Positions 52,961-63,973 of a DNA stretch of 64,000 nt are shown piece after piece. The DNA is from Nitrospirota bacterium (GTDB taxonomy: Bacteria > Nitrospirota > UBA9217). The stretch covers positions 1 to 64,000 of the forward strand of contig CAVUHW010000043.1 in the NCBI GenBank assembly GCA_963741205.1, written 5' to 3'. Made by a program: the position numbers and the translations under genes. Position 1 is the stretch's first letter; each line of letters begins with the position of its first letter. The notes under the pieces are model-generated. The model did no database searches. It was not told where the DNA came from and saw nothing but the letters and a program-made list of their open reading frames with translations.

Positions 52961-54184
52961 ATGAAAAAATTCGGCATGTCTGTCGCGACCAACTTCGATG
53001 ACGGGCTCCTTGACGCCATTTCGGGATATCCGGTCAGAGAGGTCTTCGGCAAGCTCCAATCCGACCGCGTGGGGGGGGGCAGGGCCTCCTTCACGCTCCC
53101 GCCGCTTTCGCGCAAACGGTTCGAGCGCCACGTCGAAAAGGCCAAATCGAAGGGCATCGGTTTCAACTACCTCCTGAACCCCGCGTGCATGGACAACCGC
53201 GAGTACACCAGGCAAGGGCAGAAGGAGCTCGAGGGTCTCCTTGAGTATATCGAGGCAGCGGGGGTGAGCGCGGTGACGATATCGCTCCCCTTCTTGCTGC
53301 CCGTGATAAAAAAACGCCATCCCCGGCTCAAGGTCAGGGTGGGCGTCTACGCAAGGGTTGACGGGATCGCCAAGGCCAGGTTCTGGGAAGACGGCGGGGC
53401 GGACTGCATTACGCTCGAGTCCTTGAGCGTCAACCGCGACTTCGGGCTGCTTGCGGCCCTCCGCACGACGCTCAAGATTGAGCTTCAGCTCATCGTCAAC
53501 GCCAACTGTCAGCTCTTCTGCCCGCTCTCGGGCCAGCACATGGTAAACCTCTCGCACGCATCTCAGAAGGGGCACCTGACAGGCGGGTTCATGATAGACT
53601 GGTGCGTCATGAGGTGCTCGTATGACAAGCTCAAGGACCCCGCGCAGTACCTGCGCTCCGAGTTCATCAGGCCTGAGGACCTGGGCATGTACCTCGACCT
53701 GGGCTACGACTCCTTCAAGGTATTGGAACGGGGCGCTCCCACGCCGGTCCTGGCAAAAAGGGTAAAGGCCTACTCCGAAGGCCGATACGACGGGAACCTG
53801 CTTGACCTCATACAGCCGTTCGGGTACAAGGAGAAAAGCGATGCGTCCCTGTCAAAGGGCCTGTTCAACAAGTGGAGGTATATGTTCAGACCGGGTATGG
53901 TCCGGTTGCCTAAGCTCATGAAGCTCAAGAAGCTTGCCGCAAAGCGCGGGATGCTTGCGCCGCTCGAGGGCGACCCTGTGTATATCGACAACAGCCAATT
54001 GACCGGCTTCATACCGGGCTTCAGGGACCGGGACTGCCGAAAGACCGACTGCGGCGCGTGCGGCTGGTGCGCCTCGTACGCCAGGAAGGCGGTCAAGGTC
54101 GATCCCGCGTATCGCTCGGAGCTTCTCAGGCTCTATGAGGAGGCTTTCGGCGACATGTATTCGGGCGAGCTGTGGGGGATTTAG
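52961..54184 (+). CDS. U32-family (Fe-S, peptidase-like) protein
   Basis: FNYLLNPAC, NANCQLFCP, DWC...C, FIRPEDL, FKVLER and a C-terminal CxxCxWC. Confidence 0.85.
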   Translation: MKKFGMSVATNFDDGLLDAISGYPVREVFGKLQSDRVGGGRASFTLPPLSRKRFERHVEKAKSKGIGFNYLLNPACMDNREYTRQGQKELEGLLEYIEAAGVSAVTISLPFLLPVIKKRHPRLKVRVGVYARVDGIAKARFWEDGGADCITLESLSVNRDFGLLAALRTTLKIELQLIVNANCQLFCPLSGQHMVNLSHASQKGHLTGGFMIDWCVMRCSYDKLKDPAQYLRSEFIRPEDLGMYLDLGYDSFKVLERGAPTPVLAKRVKAYSEGRYDGNLLDLIQPFGYKEKSDASLSKGLFNKWRYMFRPGMVRLPKLMKLKKLAAKRGMLAPLEGDPVYIDNSQLTGFIPGFRDRDCRKTDCGACGWCASYARKAVKVDPAYRSELLRLYEEAFGDMYSGELWGI

Positions 54185-54196
54185 CGGAAAATTTTC

Positions 54197-54332
54197 ATCG
54201 CAAAGACAACCCTGCACTCGCGAAAACGTACCGCTAGGCGAAGGCGAAGTCACGAGTAAGGTTAGGATTAGCCGGTATTAATCCAGAAAACATCTGTTTC
54301 GTTTTTCTTTGTGACTTTGCGACTTCGTGCGT
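54197..54332. repeat. Degenerate inverted 8-mer tandem-repeat element
   Basis: Right arm CTTTGTGA CTTTGCGA CTTCGTGCG. Left arm remnants TCGCAAAG and GCGAAGTCACGAG. Confidence 0.55.
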
Positions 54333-54386
54333 AGACATCTATTGCTTCCGGTTTATTCGGGTCAGGCTCATCGTGAAGGAGGGCTC

Positions 54387-56846
54387 ATGGACATCAAAGA
54401 ACGAGAAGTGCCGGTTTCCGAACTTCGTCATGAAACCGATCCCGCGGTGTTCCCCTTCAGGACCACGGCGGACCTCACGCTCAAAGACGAGGTCATCGGG
54501 CAGGCGCGCGCCGTTCATGCCATCGAGTTCGGCCTCTCCATCAAGAACCACGGATACAACATCTTCGTCTCGGGCGTCCCCGGCACGGGCCGCAACTCCA
54601 TCGTGAAATCGCTGGTCAAGCGCATCTCCCAGGACCTCCCGGCGCCCGATGACTGGTGCTACATCAACAACTTCAAGGACCCCGACCGGCCGCTCTCCGT
54701 CCGCCTCCCCCAGGGCATGGGCGGCGAGTTCCGGCGCGACGTCGAAAGGTTCATCGACTTCATGCAAAATGAGATACCCAAGGTCTTCGACGCCAAGGAG
54801 TACGAGGAACAGAAGTCGCACATCGTCGGGGAGGCCGAGAAGGCGAAGGAAGTCCTTTTTGCCGAGGCCGCCAATCGCGCGCTGGAGCTCGGGTTCCAGC
54901 TCACGATCCGGCGCACCGGGATCGTCAAGGTACCGCAGTGGAAGGGCAAACCGCTCACCCCCGAAGAGCTGGAAAAGCTCACGGCCGAGCAGAAATTCGA
55001 ACTCGAGGAACATGAGAAGAAAGTGGACGCCGAGATACGCGACTTCCTGTCCAAGGCGCGCCAGCTCGACAAGGAGGCCCACGAGAAGATCCATGAACTC
55101 AACCGGCGCGTGGCGCAATTTGCCATGGGACATCAGCTTGACGACCTCAGGGAGAAGTACCGCATTAATCCCCGCATTCCGGAGTTTCTGAGCAGCATGG
55201 AGGAGGACATACTCGGCAACCTGCGCGAGTTCCTGGGCCAGGCGCAGGAGACGCCGATCCCCCTGGAGGGGATGGACAGGGCGAGCTTCCTCGACCGCTA
55301 CAAGGTAAATCTCATCGTGGACAACGCCGAGACGAAGGGCGGGCCGGTGGTCGAGGAGGCGAATCCCACCTACGCCAACATCGTCGGCCGCATCGAGCGA
55401 AAGTCGCACTTCGGCGCGTCTCTACACGAATTTCACCATGGTCCGGTCGGGCTCGGTGCTTCACGCCAACGGCGGCTACCTCCTCCTGAACGCCCTCGAC
55501 GTGCTCAGAAACCCCTTCACCTGGGACGCGCTCAAGCGGATCATCAAGAAGAACGAGGTGAAGATCGAGGACGTCACGGAGCTCTACGGCTTCGGCACGG
55601 GGGGGATCAAGCCCGAACCCATCCCGGTGTCGCTCAAGATCATCATGCTCGGCAGCCCCTGGCTTTACTACCTCCTGTACTACTACGACGAGGACTTCCG
55701 CGACATCTTCAAGGTCAAGTCCGACTTCGACACCCGGACCGCGGCATCCGACGACGAGAAGATGCGCTACGCGAACTTCGTCGCGAACATGGTGAAGAAC
55801 GACGGCCTGCTCCCCTTCGACCGGAGCGCGGTGGCGGGGGTGGTGGACTACTCCGTGCGGCTCGCCGAGAAAAAGAACAAGCTCTCGCTCCGGTTCAGCG
55901 ACCTGACGGACCTCGTGCGGGAGGCCTCGTACTGGGCGGCAAAGGCCGGAAGCGGCGCGGTGACGGCCGAGCACGTGGACAAGGCGCTCGACGAAAAGAT
56001 CTACCGCTCGAACCTCATCGACGAGCGGATGCAGGAGCTCTTTACCGAAGGAACGATCATGGTCGAGGTCTCGGGTTCCGTTGTCGGCGCAGGTGAACGG
56101 CCTGTCCGTGTACGACATCGGAGACTTCGCCTTCGGCAAGCCGTCGAAGATCACGAGCCGGGTCTATCTCGGCAAGGCGGGCGTCGTCGACATCGAGCGC
56201 GAGGCAAAACTTTCGGGCCGCATCTACAACAAGGGCGTGCTCATTCTCTCGGGCTATCTCGCCGGCGCTTTATGCCCAGGACAAGACGCTCTCCGTGTCC
56301 GCGACCCTCGCCTTCGAGCAGAGCTACGGCGAGGTGGAAGGCGACAGCGCCTCGGCCGCGGAGCTCATCGCGCTCCTCTCCGGCATTGCCGAGGCGCCGG
56401 TCAAACAGAACTTCGCCATCACGGGCTCGATCAACCAGAAGGGAGAGATCCAGCCCATCGGCGGCGTGAACGAGAAGATCGAGGGATTTTTCAGCGTCTG
56501 CAAGAACCGCGGCCTCACCGGCGAGCAGGGCGTGATCATCCCGCAGTTGAACGTGGCGAACCTCATGCTCAAAAAGGAAGTGGTCGAAGCGGTGAAAGAA
56601 GCTAAGTTCCGCATCTACGCGGTCAGGACCGTGAACGAGGCGCTGGAACTCCTGACGGGGCTTCCGGCGGGCGAGCGCCAGGCGGACGGGACCTGGCCCG
56701 AAGGCACGTTCAACTTCCTGGTCGACAAGCGGCTCAAGGAAATGGCGAAGAAGCTCAAGTCCGACGACAAGACCGAGGAAAAGAAGGAAAAGAAAGAGGA
56801 GAACAACGAGGCGGCGCCGAAGAAAGAGCCGACGCCGGAGTCGTAG
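54387..56846 (+). CDS. Lon-like ATP-dependent protease (LonC/AAA_32 plus Lon_C, frameshifted)
   Basis: IGQARA, HANGGYL, GQVNGLSV-like segment, EGDSAS catalytic Ser and GGVNEKIEGF. Confidence 0.92.
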
Positions 56847-57121
56847 AGCCGATGGGCGTCATGGCCCCGGCCGTCTCGAAGGCCAAAAAGATCGAGAACG
56901 AGACCCCGAAAACCGCCGAGGGCGAAGTGGCACTGAAGAAGGCCGCATAGAGAGAACATCAGCCTGTTTGTTCATCCCGCAGTCATCTCTAAAGAGGTGA
57001 CTGCGGGATGTTTTTTTTAAAGACGATATGAAGAACCAGATCCCCATGTACAGACACGAAGGCGGGTTAGGGACGCAGCCGTAGACATTGACGTTTGATG
57101 GATATATCGTTAATATAAGCC

Positions 57122-58540
57122 ATGAAGCCTCTTTTTATAAAATACCTGTCGCAGCTTGCGTCACTTACTCCTCTACAAATCCATCTCGTCGGCGGATCGG
57201 TCCGCGACCTCCTGGCCGGCAGCAGGGACCTCAAGGACATCGACCTCCTGATGCCATCCGGCTCGGACGAGACGGCTCGCGCTTTCGCAAACTCGATCGG
57301 GGGGAGTTTCTTTTTTCTCGATGAAGAGCGAAGGATAAGCCGCGTCGTAAAGCAGGAGGGCAATGATGTCCTGCAATTTGATTTTTCGAATTTCGAGGGG
57401 CCCGACCTTCCCGCCGACCTCGGCCGGAGAGATTTTACCGTCAACGCCATGGCGCTCGATCTGCGGGAGTTCGTCGTTCGACAAGCCGTCGATGGTCTGG
57501 TTGATCCGTTCAACGGGAGGTCGGACGTCAGAAACATGCTGATCCGGGTTGTCCGACCCGAGGCACTGGACGAAGACCCGTTGCGCCTTCTGCGAGCCGT
57601 TCGCCTCGCAACGACACTCGGCTTCAAGGTAGAGGCCGCGACCTCGGATCACATACGACGAAGGGCGAAGGAGATCATCAAGCCGGCGCCCGAAAGGGTG
57701 CGGGACGAGCTCTTTCTGATTTTGTCCGAGCGAAATGCGGACGAGCATCTTTTGCTTCTGGATTCTCTCGGCCTCCTTACGCCCCTCCTGCCCGAGCTTG
57801 AGCCGCTGCGCGGGTTCACTCCCGGCATGTACCGCTCCCACGACGTCCTCACCCATGCGATCAAGACCGTGGGCTACGTGGACGGCATACTGGACGATCT
57901 CTTGTCGCTTTCCCCGGCACACGCCGCAGCGGTTGCGGACCACCTCAACGGGCAGATCGAGCACGGGATCCCCAGAAAGGCGGCGCTCCGCTTTGCCTGC
58001 CTTCTCCATGATATGGCAAAGCCGGATACCTTTACCGAAACGGACGGCCACGTCCGCTTTCACGGCCACGACAACCTGGGGGCGGACAAGGCGGTTTTTT
58101 TATGCAGGCGGCTCCGGCTTTCACGAAATACCGAGGCGCTCGTCACCAAGACCATCAAGTATCACATGAGACTCTTCAATCTGTCCGCTCCCGGCGGTCC
58201 GAGCAGGAACGCCCTGTACCGCTACTGCCGCGACCTCGGCGACGCCCTCCCCGAAAGCCTGATCATGTCGCAGGCGGACGCGCGCGCGACGTACGAGATC
58301 ATGCCGAAGGAAAAATTCACGGACACGGAAAGGCCGATGGCGCAGGTGCTCGAGTACTATTACACGAAGTTCCTGAAGGCCGAGGCCCGGCCGCTCGTAA
58401 ACGGCAACGACCTTATCAGGCTCGGTCTCGCCCCGGGACCGCGGTTCCGCGAGATCCTGGAGGAGATCAAGGAACGCCAGGCGGAGGGGCTGCTCAAGGA
58501 CCGGCAGGAGGCGCTTGACTATTTGAAGACGTTCCTGTAA
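57122..58540 (+). CDS. tRNA nucleotidyltransferase / poly(A) polymerase family with an HD domain
   Basis: VGGSVRD, DID, RRDFTVNA, DPLRLLRA and LLHD.AK. Confidence 0.92.
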   Translation: MKPLFIKYLSQLASLTPLQIHLVGGSVRDLLAGSRDLKDIDLLMPSGSDETARAFANSIGGSFFFLDEERRISRVVKQEGNDVLQFDFSNFEGPDLPADLGRRDFTVNAMALDLREFVVRQAVDGLVDPFNGRSDVRNMLIRVVRPEALDEDPLRLLRAVRLATTLGFKVEAATSDHIRRRAKEIIKPAPERVRDELFLILSERNADEHLLLLDSLGLLTPLLPELEPLRGFTPGMYRSHDVLTHAIKTVGYVDGILDDLLSLSPAHAAAVADHLNGQIEHGIPRKAALRFACLLHDMAKPDTFTETDGHVRFHGHDNLGADKAVFLCRRLRLSRNTEALVTKTIKYHMRLFNLSAPGGPSRNALYRYCRDLGDALPESLIMSQADARATYEIMPKEKFTDTERPMAQVLEYYYTKFLKAEARPLVNGNDLIRLGLAPGPRFREILEEIKERQAEGLLKDRQEALDYLKTFL

Positions 58541-58619
58541 AAGAATTCAGCCACGGGTTTGCATCCTCAATTGAAACATTCCAGGACAGGCTTATGTGCA
58601 CGGATAAAGGAAGCGGATA

Positions 58620-58844
58620 ATGGGAAAGAACATAGAAAACATGTCGATCGACGAACTCAAGGCCGAGCTCAAGCGGCTCAAGGACAACCTCTGCGACCTG
58701 GAGGACATGCACGCCTTCACCTTCGGGAAGACGTCGGTCCACATCGGCGCGGAGAAGGCCCAGAACCTGACGGCGGAATATGAAGAGGAGTGCAAACTAT
58801 TCAACGAGCAGATAGCTGCTGTCGAAAAGGCGCTTAAGGCGTGA
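58620..58844 (+). CDS. Small helical hypothetical protein
   Basis: Amphipathic 74-aa ORF with coding-like composition. Confidence 0.7.
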   Translation: MGKNIENMSIDELKAELKRLKDNLCDLEDMHAFTFGKTSVHIGAEKAQNLTAEYEEECKLFNEQIAAVEKALKA

Positions 58845-58890
58845 GATGTGGTGTAGAGGTTTGTTGGTGAGGGTTTTCGGGAGAGAGTCT

Positions 58891-59325
58891 ATGTCGAAAA
58901 AAAAAGCGTCGTTTAAAAAAGTCCCCCCTCCGGCGGAAACAGCAATAACCCAGCGGAAGAGGGATCGGGTCGCGTCGATTCTCGCGATCGTAATCGGGCT
59001 GCTCTCGATCAGGGAAGGGGGCGCCGTCCTCCTCGGCGTGACGGTCCCCGATTTCCCGGTACTGACCTGGCTCGTCTGGTACAATGTGGCCCTGGGATTT
59101 GTTTCCGTCGCTGCCGGAATCGGCATGTGGATCAAGCGTTATTGGAGCCGCACCCTCGCTCTCAACATACTCGTCCTCCATGCCGTCGTCTTCGCCGGCC
59201 TGGTCGCCCTGTACCAATTAGGTCAGACCGTGGCCCACAGGAGCATCTTCGCGATGATGTTCAGGACCTTCACCTGGATCGTCATATATTCTTTGCTGAA
59301 GTGGAAAAGACAGGAAGAAGGGTAA
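58891..59325 (+). CDS. Four-TM membrane protein
   Basis: Hydrophobic segments, WYNVALGF and AMMFRT. Confidence 0.75.
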   Translation: MSKKKASFKKVPPPAETAITQRKRDRVASILAIVIGLLSIREGGAVLLGVTVPDFPVLTWLVWYNVALGFVSVAAGIGMWIKRYWSRTLALNILVLHAVVFAGLVALYQLGQTVAHRSIFAMMFRTFTWIVIYSLLKWKRQEEG

Positions 59326-59420
59326 GGCATCTCGGCGACCTTGACTCGGGCAGGGGGCCATACATCAGGATCCCGCAGGTTGTGGGTGCTTGAGGGTGAA
59401 AAACGTCAAGGAGACAAATC

Positions 59421-60407
59421 GTGAAGATCGACTGCTATATATCACAGGGGTGCGGTTCCGAGGAAGCGCTAAAGGAAAACATCGCCCGCGCAGTGGAAGC
59501 GGAAAAGGTTTATGCCGAAGTCGGCTTTCACCGGATTGATGACGACGAGGCAATAAAACTGAAACTCAGCGGGTCGCCGTCGGTTTTTATTGATGGAAAA
59601 GAGCTGCAGCCGCAGGGCACGGTTGGATTTTCCTGAAGAATGTTTAAGGACGAGTCAGGAAGACTCGCAAATGTTCCCTCGGTGGAAACGCTGAGGGAAG
59701 CGATCGGAGCCCGGAGTGGACATTTGAAGAATATACCGGGTGAAGAGGCAACCTTTCTGAAAAGCCTCATGGACCAAATCGGCGATACGGTAAAAGGAAG
59801 AATATCGGAAGCACAATTAAGTCCCCTGGAGGACGAAGTACGAAAATATATTTTGAGAGACTTTGCCAGGACCGGCAAGCCCCCGTCCGATAAGGCAATT
59901 ACGGAGGCAATGAGGCTGCCATCCCTCGAATCGGCCCGCCAAATCGTTCAAAAACTTCACCGAGCGGACATTCTTACCCAAGAGGGGAATGAAATCATCT
60001 CGGCATATCCCTTTTCCGCGAAAGCGACGCGCCATAAAGTTGTTTTTCGTGACGGCCATGAGGTCTATTCCCTCTGCGCTACAGATGCTTTGGGCATCCA
60101 TTTCATGCTCCATGAGAATATTACCGTCCGTTCCCGGTGTCCTGAATGCGAAGGTGAAATGAGAATCGACGTAAAGGACGGCAGGGTCGCCTCCTCTGTT
60201 CCGGAAGGCGTGGTGGAATTCGTCAGCAAGAGAGAACAATGCGGATGTACGGCGAAGACCTTTTGCCCTTTTATGAACTTCTTTTGTTCCCGTGAACATC
60301 TGGAAAAATGGAGAGAGAAAAATCCCGCCTACGCAAAGGGAGAAATGTACTTGCTTTCCCAGGTATTGGAGCACGGGAAACATATATTCGAAGACTTTCT
60401 GAAATAG
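59421..60407 (+). CDS. Probable selenoprotein: thioredoxin-like domain fused to a MerB-like organomercurial lyase domain
   Basis: In-frame TGA at 59634-59636 in GFS-U-RMF. GSPSVFIDG before it, SAYPFS, CATDALG and FCPFMNFF after it. Confidence 0.75.
59651..59667 (+). promoter_or_regulatory. Candidate bacterial SECIS hairpin
   Basis: CGAGTC-AGGAA-GACTCG, with the loop 20 nt after the UGA. Confidence 0.55.
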
Positions 60408-60493
60408 ACGGGTCGCCGAGAGGCAAGAGGGCCGGGTCTGCGGGATTTCGCTCACTCCAGGATTCAATCAATGGTTGAGGCCCTTTTAAAGCG

Positions 60494-62461
60494 CTAGGAC
60501 AGGCTTTTCACCAGCCTGTACAGCTCGGGATACTCGCTCTTTACCGCTTCTGTCTCTTCCCTGAGCAGGCGTAACGCCTCGGGGACGTGCTTAAGAAAAT
60601 ACTTTTTGCCCTTCACCTTCGACAGGAACCCGTAGGCTCCCAGGGCCTGCATATGGCGCTGGAGCCGGCAGGGGATGAGGCTGTCCAGGAATTCCCGCTC
60701 TTTGAACCCTTCCTGCTTTGCGCATTTCTCCGACATAGTAACCCATCAGCCTATCGCGCAAATCGCCGGCGAGCCGGCAGTAGGGGTCCCAGAGGATGGA
60801 GGCGACATCATAAGCGGGCGGCGCCATGCGCGCGCCCTGGAAGTCGATGAGACGCGGGATGCCGCCTGCCGTTATTATGATGTTCTGGCACTGGAAGTCG
60901 CGGTGGATCACGCCCTTCGGAGAGGCATCCACCGTTTGTGCAAGACGGTGAAACTCGTCATTCAGCGCGGACCCATCGGGCAACGCCTTCTCCTTCAACC
61001 CGACAACGAACCGTTCAAGAAAATACCCGGTCTCCCACCGCAGATATTCATAATCGAAGACCCGCGCCTTGAGGGCCGGGCATTCATCGACGTGCAGGGT
61101 GACGCGCGAGTGCAGCTTCACCAGGATATCGAGAACGCTCTGGTAGATGTCCTCGATGTGTTCGGTATCGTGCGGAAGCTTCAGGTAGGAGTAGAGGCTG
61201 GTGTCGCCCAGGTCCTCGAAGAGGGCGCAGCGGCCGAGATCGTCCGTATCGATGATGCCGGGAACGGGCACGGAGTGGGCCTCAAAAAACCGCGTATAGA
61301 CGAGATGCCGCTCGTAATCGGGGTCTTCCTGCTTGCACTCCATGAGCACCGCCGTCTTCCCTCCGTTCCGCACGCGGAAGTAGCGGCGGTCCGATCCGCC
61401 GAGGCCGATGAGGACCGCATCCGCCTGGATCTCCTCGGTCGGTCCGCTCCGGCAGCCCCGCCGTGCCGAAGAAGAACGTAAAGAGCGGGTCCGAAAGGTC
61501 GACTTTCTTCTGCTCCCGCGCGTGGAGGGACGGCTGCATCTCCGTTTCATCGAGCTCGATCACATAGTCCGGTCCGATGATGCTGTTTTCGTGCCTGCCG
61601 GAGACCGAGGCCCCCGGCATGACGATGCAGTTTCGGGGCCTCGCCTTGTCCCTGTACCTCGCTTCCTGCTTCGAGGACCACGTAGCCGTCCATGCCGATC
61701 TTCCCGCACCTCGCGTCAGGGGACAGGTAGACGGTCTCCCCGCTCTCCCGAAGGGCATCGAGCACGCTTGCGGCATACGAGGCGGGCGTGCCGATGTCGC
61801 TCCAATAGGCGCCGGTGAAATCGAGGGCCTGCACCCGGTGTCCCGCTTTTGCCGCATCGATCCAGGCCACGGTCACGTGCGACACGCCGGTTGGCAGGAA
61901 TTGCAGAATTTCCGGCGAGTACACGGCGATGCCGGTATAAGCGACTTTGTTGGCGATCCTGCCCGGGTCAGGCCGGGAGTCGCCGGGATTTTCCACGTCG
62001 ATCACCAGATCGTTTTCGTCAAGGACGACATTGGAGAGCTTCGGGTGCCGGTGGGTGGCAAGGGTGGCGATATTGCCGGATGAGAGATGGGTCTCGATCA
62101 GCCTGGTGAAATCGATGTCGAGCAGGATGTCCGCGTTATGGACGAGAAACGGGCCGCTTGAAAGAAAGGCCTCCGCGTTCTTGAGCGCGCCGCCCGTGCC
62201 GAGTATCGGGTCTTCGGGGAAGAACGTCATGCGGTCAGCGTAGGGAGACCGCCCGGCCCAGTCACGGATCATCTCAGGCTTGTAATGGAGGTTGATCCCG
62301 ATCCTGCCGGAACAGACCGCGGTAATCCTTCCGAGGATGATGTCGATCAGCGGCCTGCCGAGGATCGGGAGCAGCGGCTTGGGCAGGTGGTTCGTGATCG
62401 GCCTGAGCCGCTCGCCGAGACCGGCGGCGGGGAGAAATATGGTTATCGGAAATTGAGACAT
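60494..62461 (-). CDS. Fused sugar-phosphate nucleotidyltransferase and phosphotransferase (MurU-AmgK-like, frameshifted)
   Basis: AAGLGERLRPIT..LPKPL, LGTGG, GGSDRRYFR, HRDFQCQN, IDFQGAR and QALGAYGFL. Confidence 0.85.
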
Positions 62462-62496
62462 AGATGTATTATACCGCGGAGGAGACCGCTAGGAAA

Positions 62497-62628
62497 TTTG
62501 GACGAAGATTTTCGCGGAGGAACGCAGATTTCAGACGAAGAAAGAAAGGAATCCGCTGCAAGAGCATCTGATGCCTCTCCTAAATTCAGGATCTTATCCG
62601 CGTTCATCTGCGTGCATCTGCGTCCAAA
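62497..62628. repeat. Inverted 10-mer tandem-repeat element with no gene inside
   Basis: GGACGAAGAT TTTCGCGGAG GAACGCAGAT ... ATCCGCGTTC ATCTGCGTGC ATCTGCGTCC. Confidence 0.78.
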
Positions 62629-62636
62629 AATACCGG

Positions 62637-63826
62637 CTACTCATATATCAAGAACTTCTTCCTCATTTTCTCGAACGCCTTCGCCTCTTCCTTCCACCAC
62701 GTCTCCATCTCATCGAGATCTTTCCATGCTTCGATGTCCTTTCGCAGGCGGTCGGTGCCGGCAAGAATGTCGATGGGGATTTTGACCTCCTCATACTCGT
62801 AGGGCGGCTCCTTCCATTTGAAGTCGCGCGGGATAGGTATTGTGGATCGCCTTCAGGATCGCCACGCCGGTCTTGAAGGGCTTGAACTTCTCGCGGTCGG
62901 TCACATGGATCTGGGCGCCGCCGCACAAAAGGCCGGCATGTTTTTGGAACGTGGGCTGGAATGAATGCGGCCGGAACGAGACGCCGGGCAGCCTGAATTC
63001 TCTCAGCACACTAACGACCGTCTCGGCATGGATGAACGGCGCGCCGAAGATCTCGAACGGCCTGGTCGTGCCGCGGCCTTCCGAGATGTTCGTCCCTTCG
63101 AACAGGCACATGCCGGGATAGACCAGCGCCGTGTCGAGGGTCGGCATGTTGGGCGAGGGTATGATCCAGGGAAGCTTCGTGTCGTCGAACCACATGGCGC
63201 GTTTCCATCCCTGCATGGGCATGACGCGGAAATCCAGGTCCGGATAAAAAGTTTTATGAAGATAATTCCCGATCTCGGCGATGGTCATCCCGTGGCGAAC
63301 GGGCAGGGGCTTGAGTCCGACAAAGGACGCGTAGCCCGGGTCGAGCACCGGCCCCTCGACAAGTCGTCCGCCAAGGGGATTCGGCCGGTCGAGGACGATG
63401 ACGGCCTTGCCCGCCTCTTGACAGGCCTGCATGCAGTGGTCCATGGTCCAGATGAAGGTGTAGTACCTGCTGCCCACGTCCTGCAGGTCGATGGCGAGCC
63501 ACGTCGCAATGCTCCAGCATGGAATGGGTCGGTTTGCGCACCTTGCCGTAGAGGCTGTATACGGGAAGGCCGGAGGCGGGGTCGCGGAAGCCATCCCACT
63601 CGACCATATTGTCCTGGGTCTGACCCTGGATGCCGTGCTGGGGTCCGAAAATTGCCGTCAGCCGGAATTTTTTCGACCAACGGAAAATGTTGACCGCGTG
63701 TTCGAACATGCTGTTGACCGAGGCGGGGTGGGCCACGAGCCCGACGCGGGCGCCTTTGAGGTCCCTGGGCCAGAGCTTTTCAACGAGGTCAAGACCGGTG
63801 AGGACGGCATGCTTTTTCGTCGTCAT
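62637..63826 (-). CDS. namZ: Exo-beta-N-acetylmuramidase NamZ/DUF1343 (frameshifted)
   Basis: FGPQHG, SLYG, DLQDVGSRYYT, DRPNP, PSPNMP and SEGRGT. Confidence 0.92.
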
Positions 63827-63941
63827 GCGCGGATTATAGTAAGTCCCCGGGGGAATAGCAACAGGAAATTTCTGCGCGGCGCCGGCATCAGTTATGGGGA
63901 AAGATAACGATCTTGTTGTCCGTCCCCATATTTGCCTAATG

Positions 63942-63973
63942 GTCATTCCCGAGCGTCTCTATCGGGAATATGG
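63942..63973. repeat. Half copy of the palindromic dispersed repeat
   Basis: GTCATTCCCGAG-CGTCTCTA-TCGGGAAT. Confidence 0.55.

Noticed and set aside
1205-63826. Dozens of frameshifted genes as pseudogenes or programmed frameshifts
   Set aside because: Indels also hit housekeeping genes (lpxC, rimM, rnhB, hemE) without other decay, which fits long-read consensus error.
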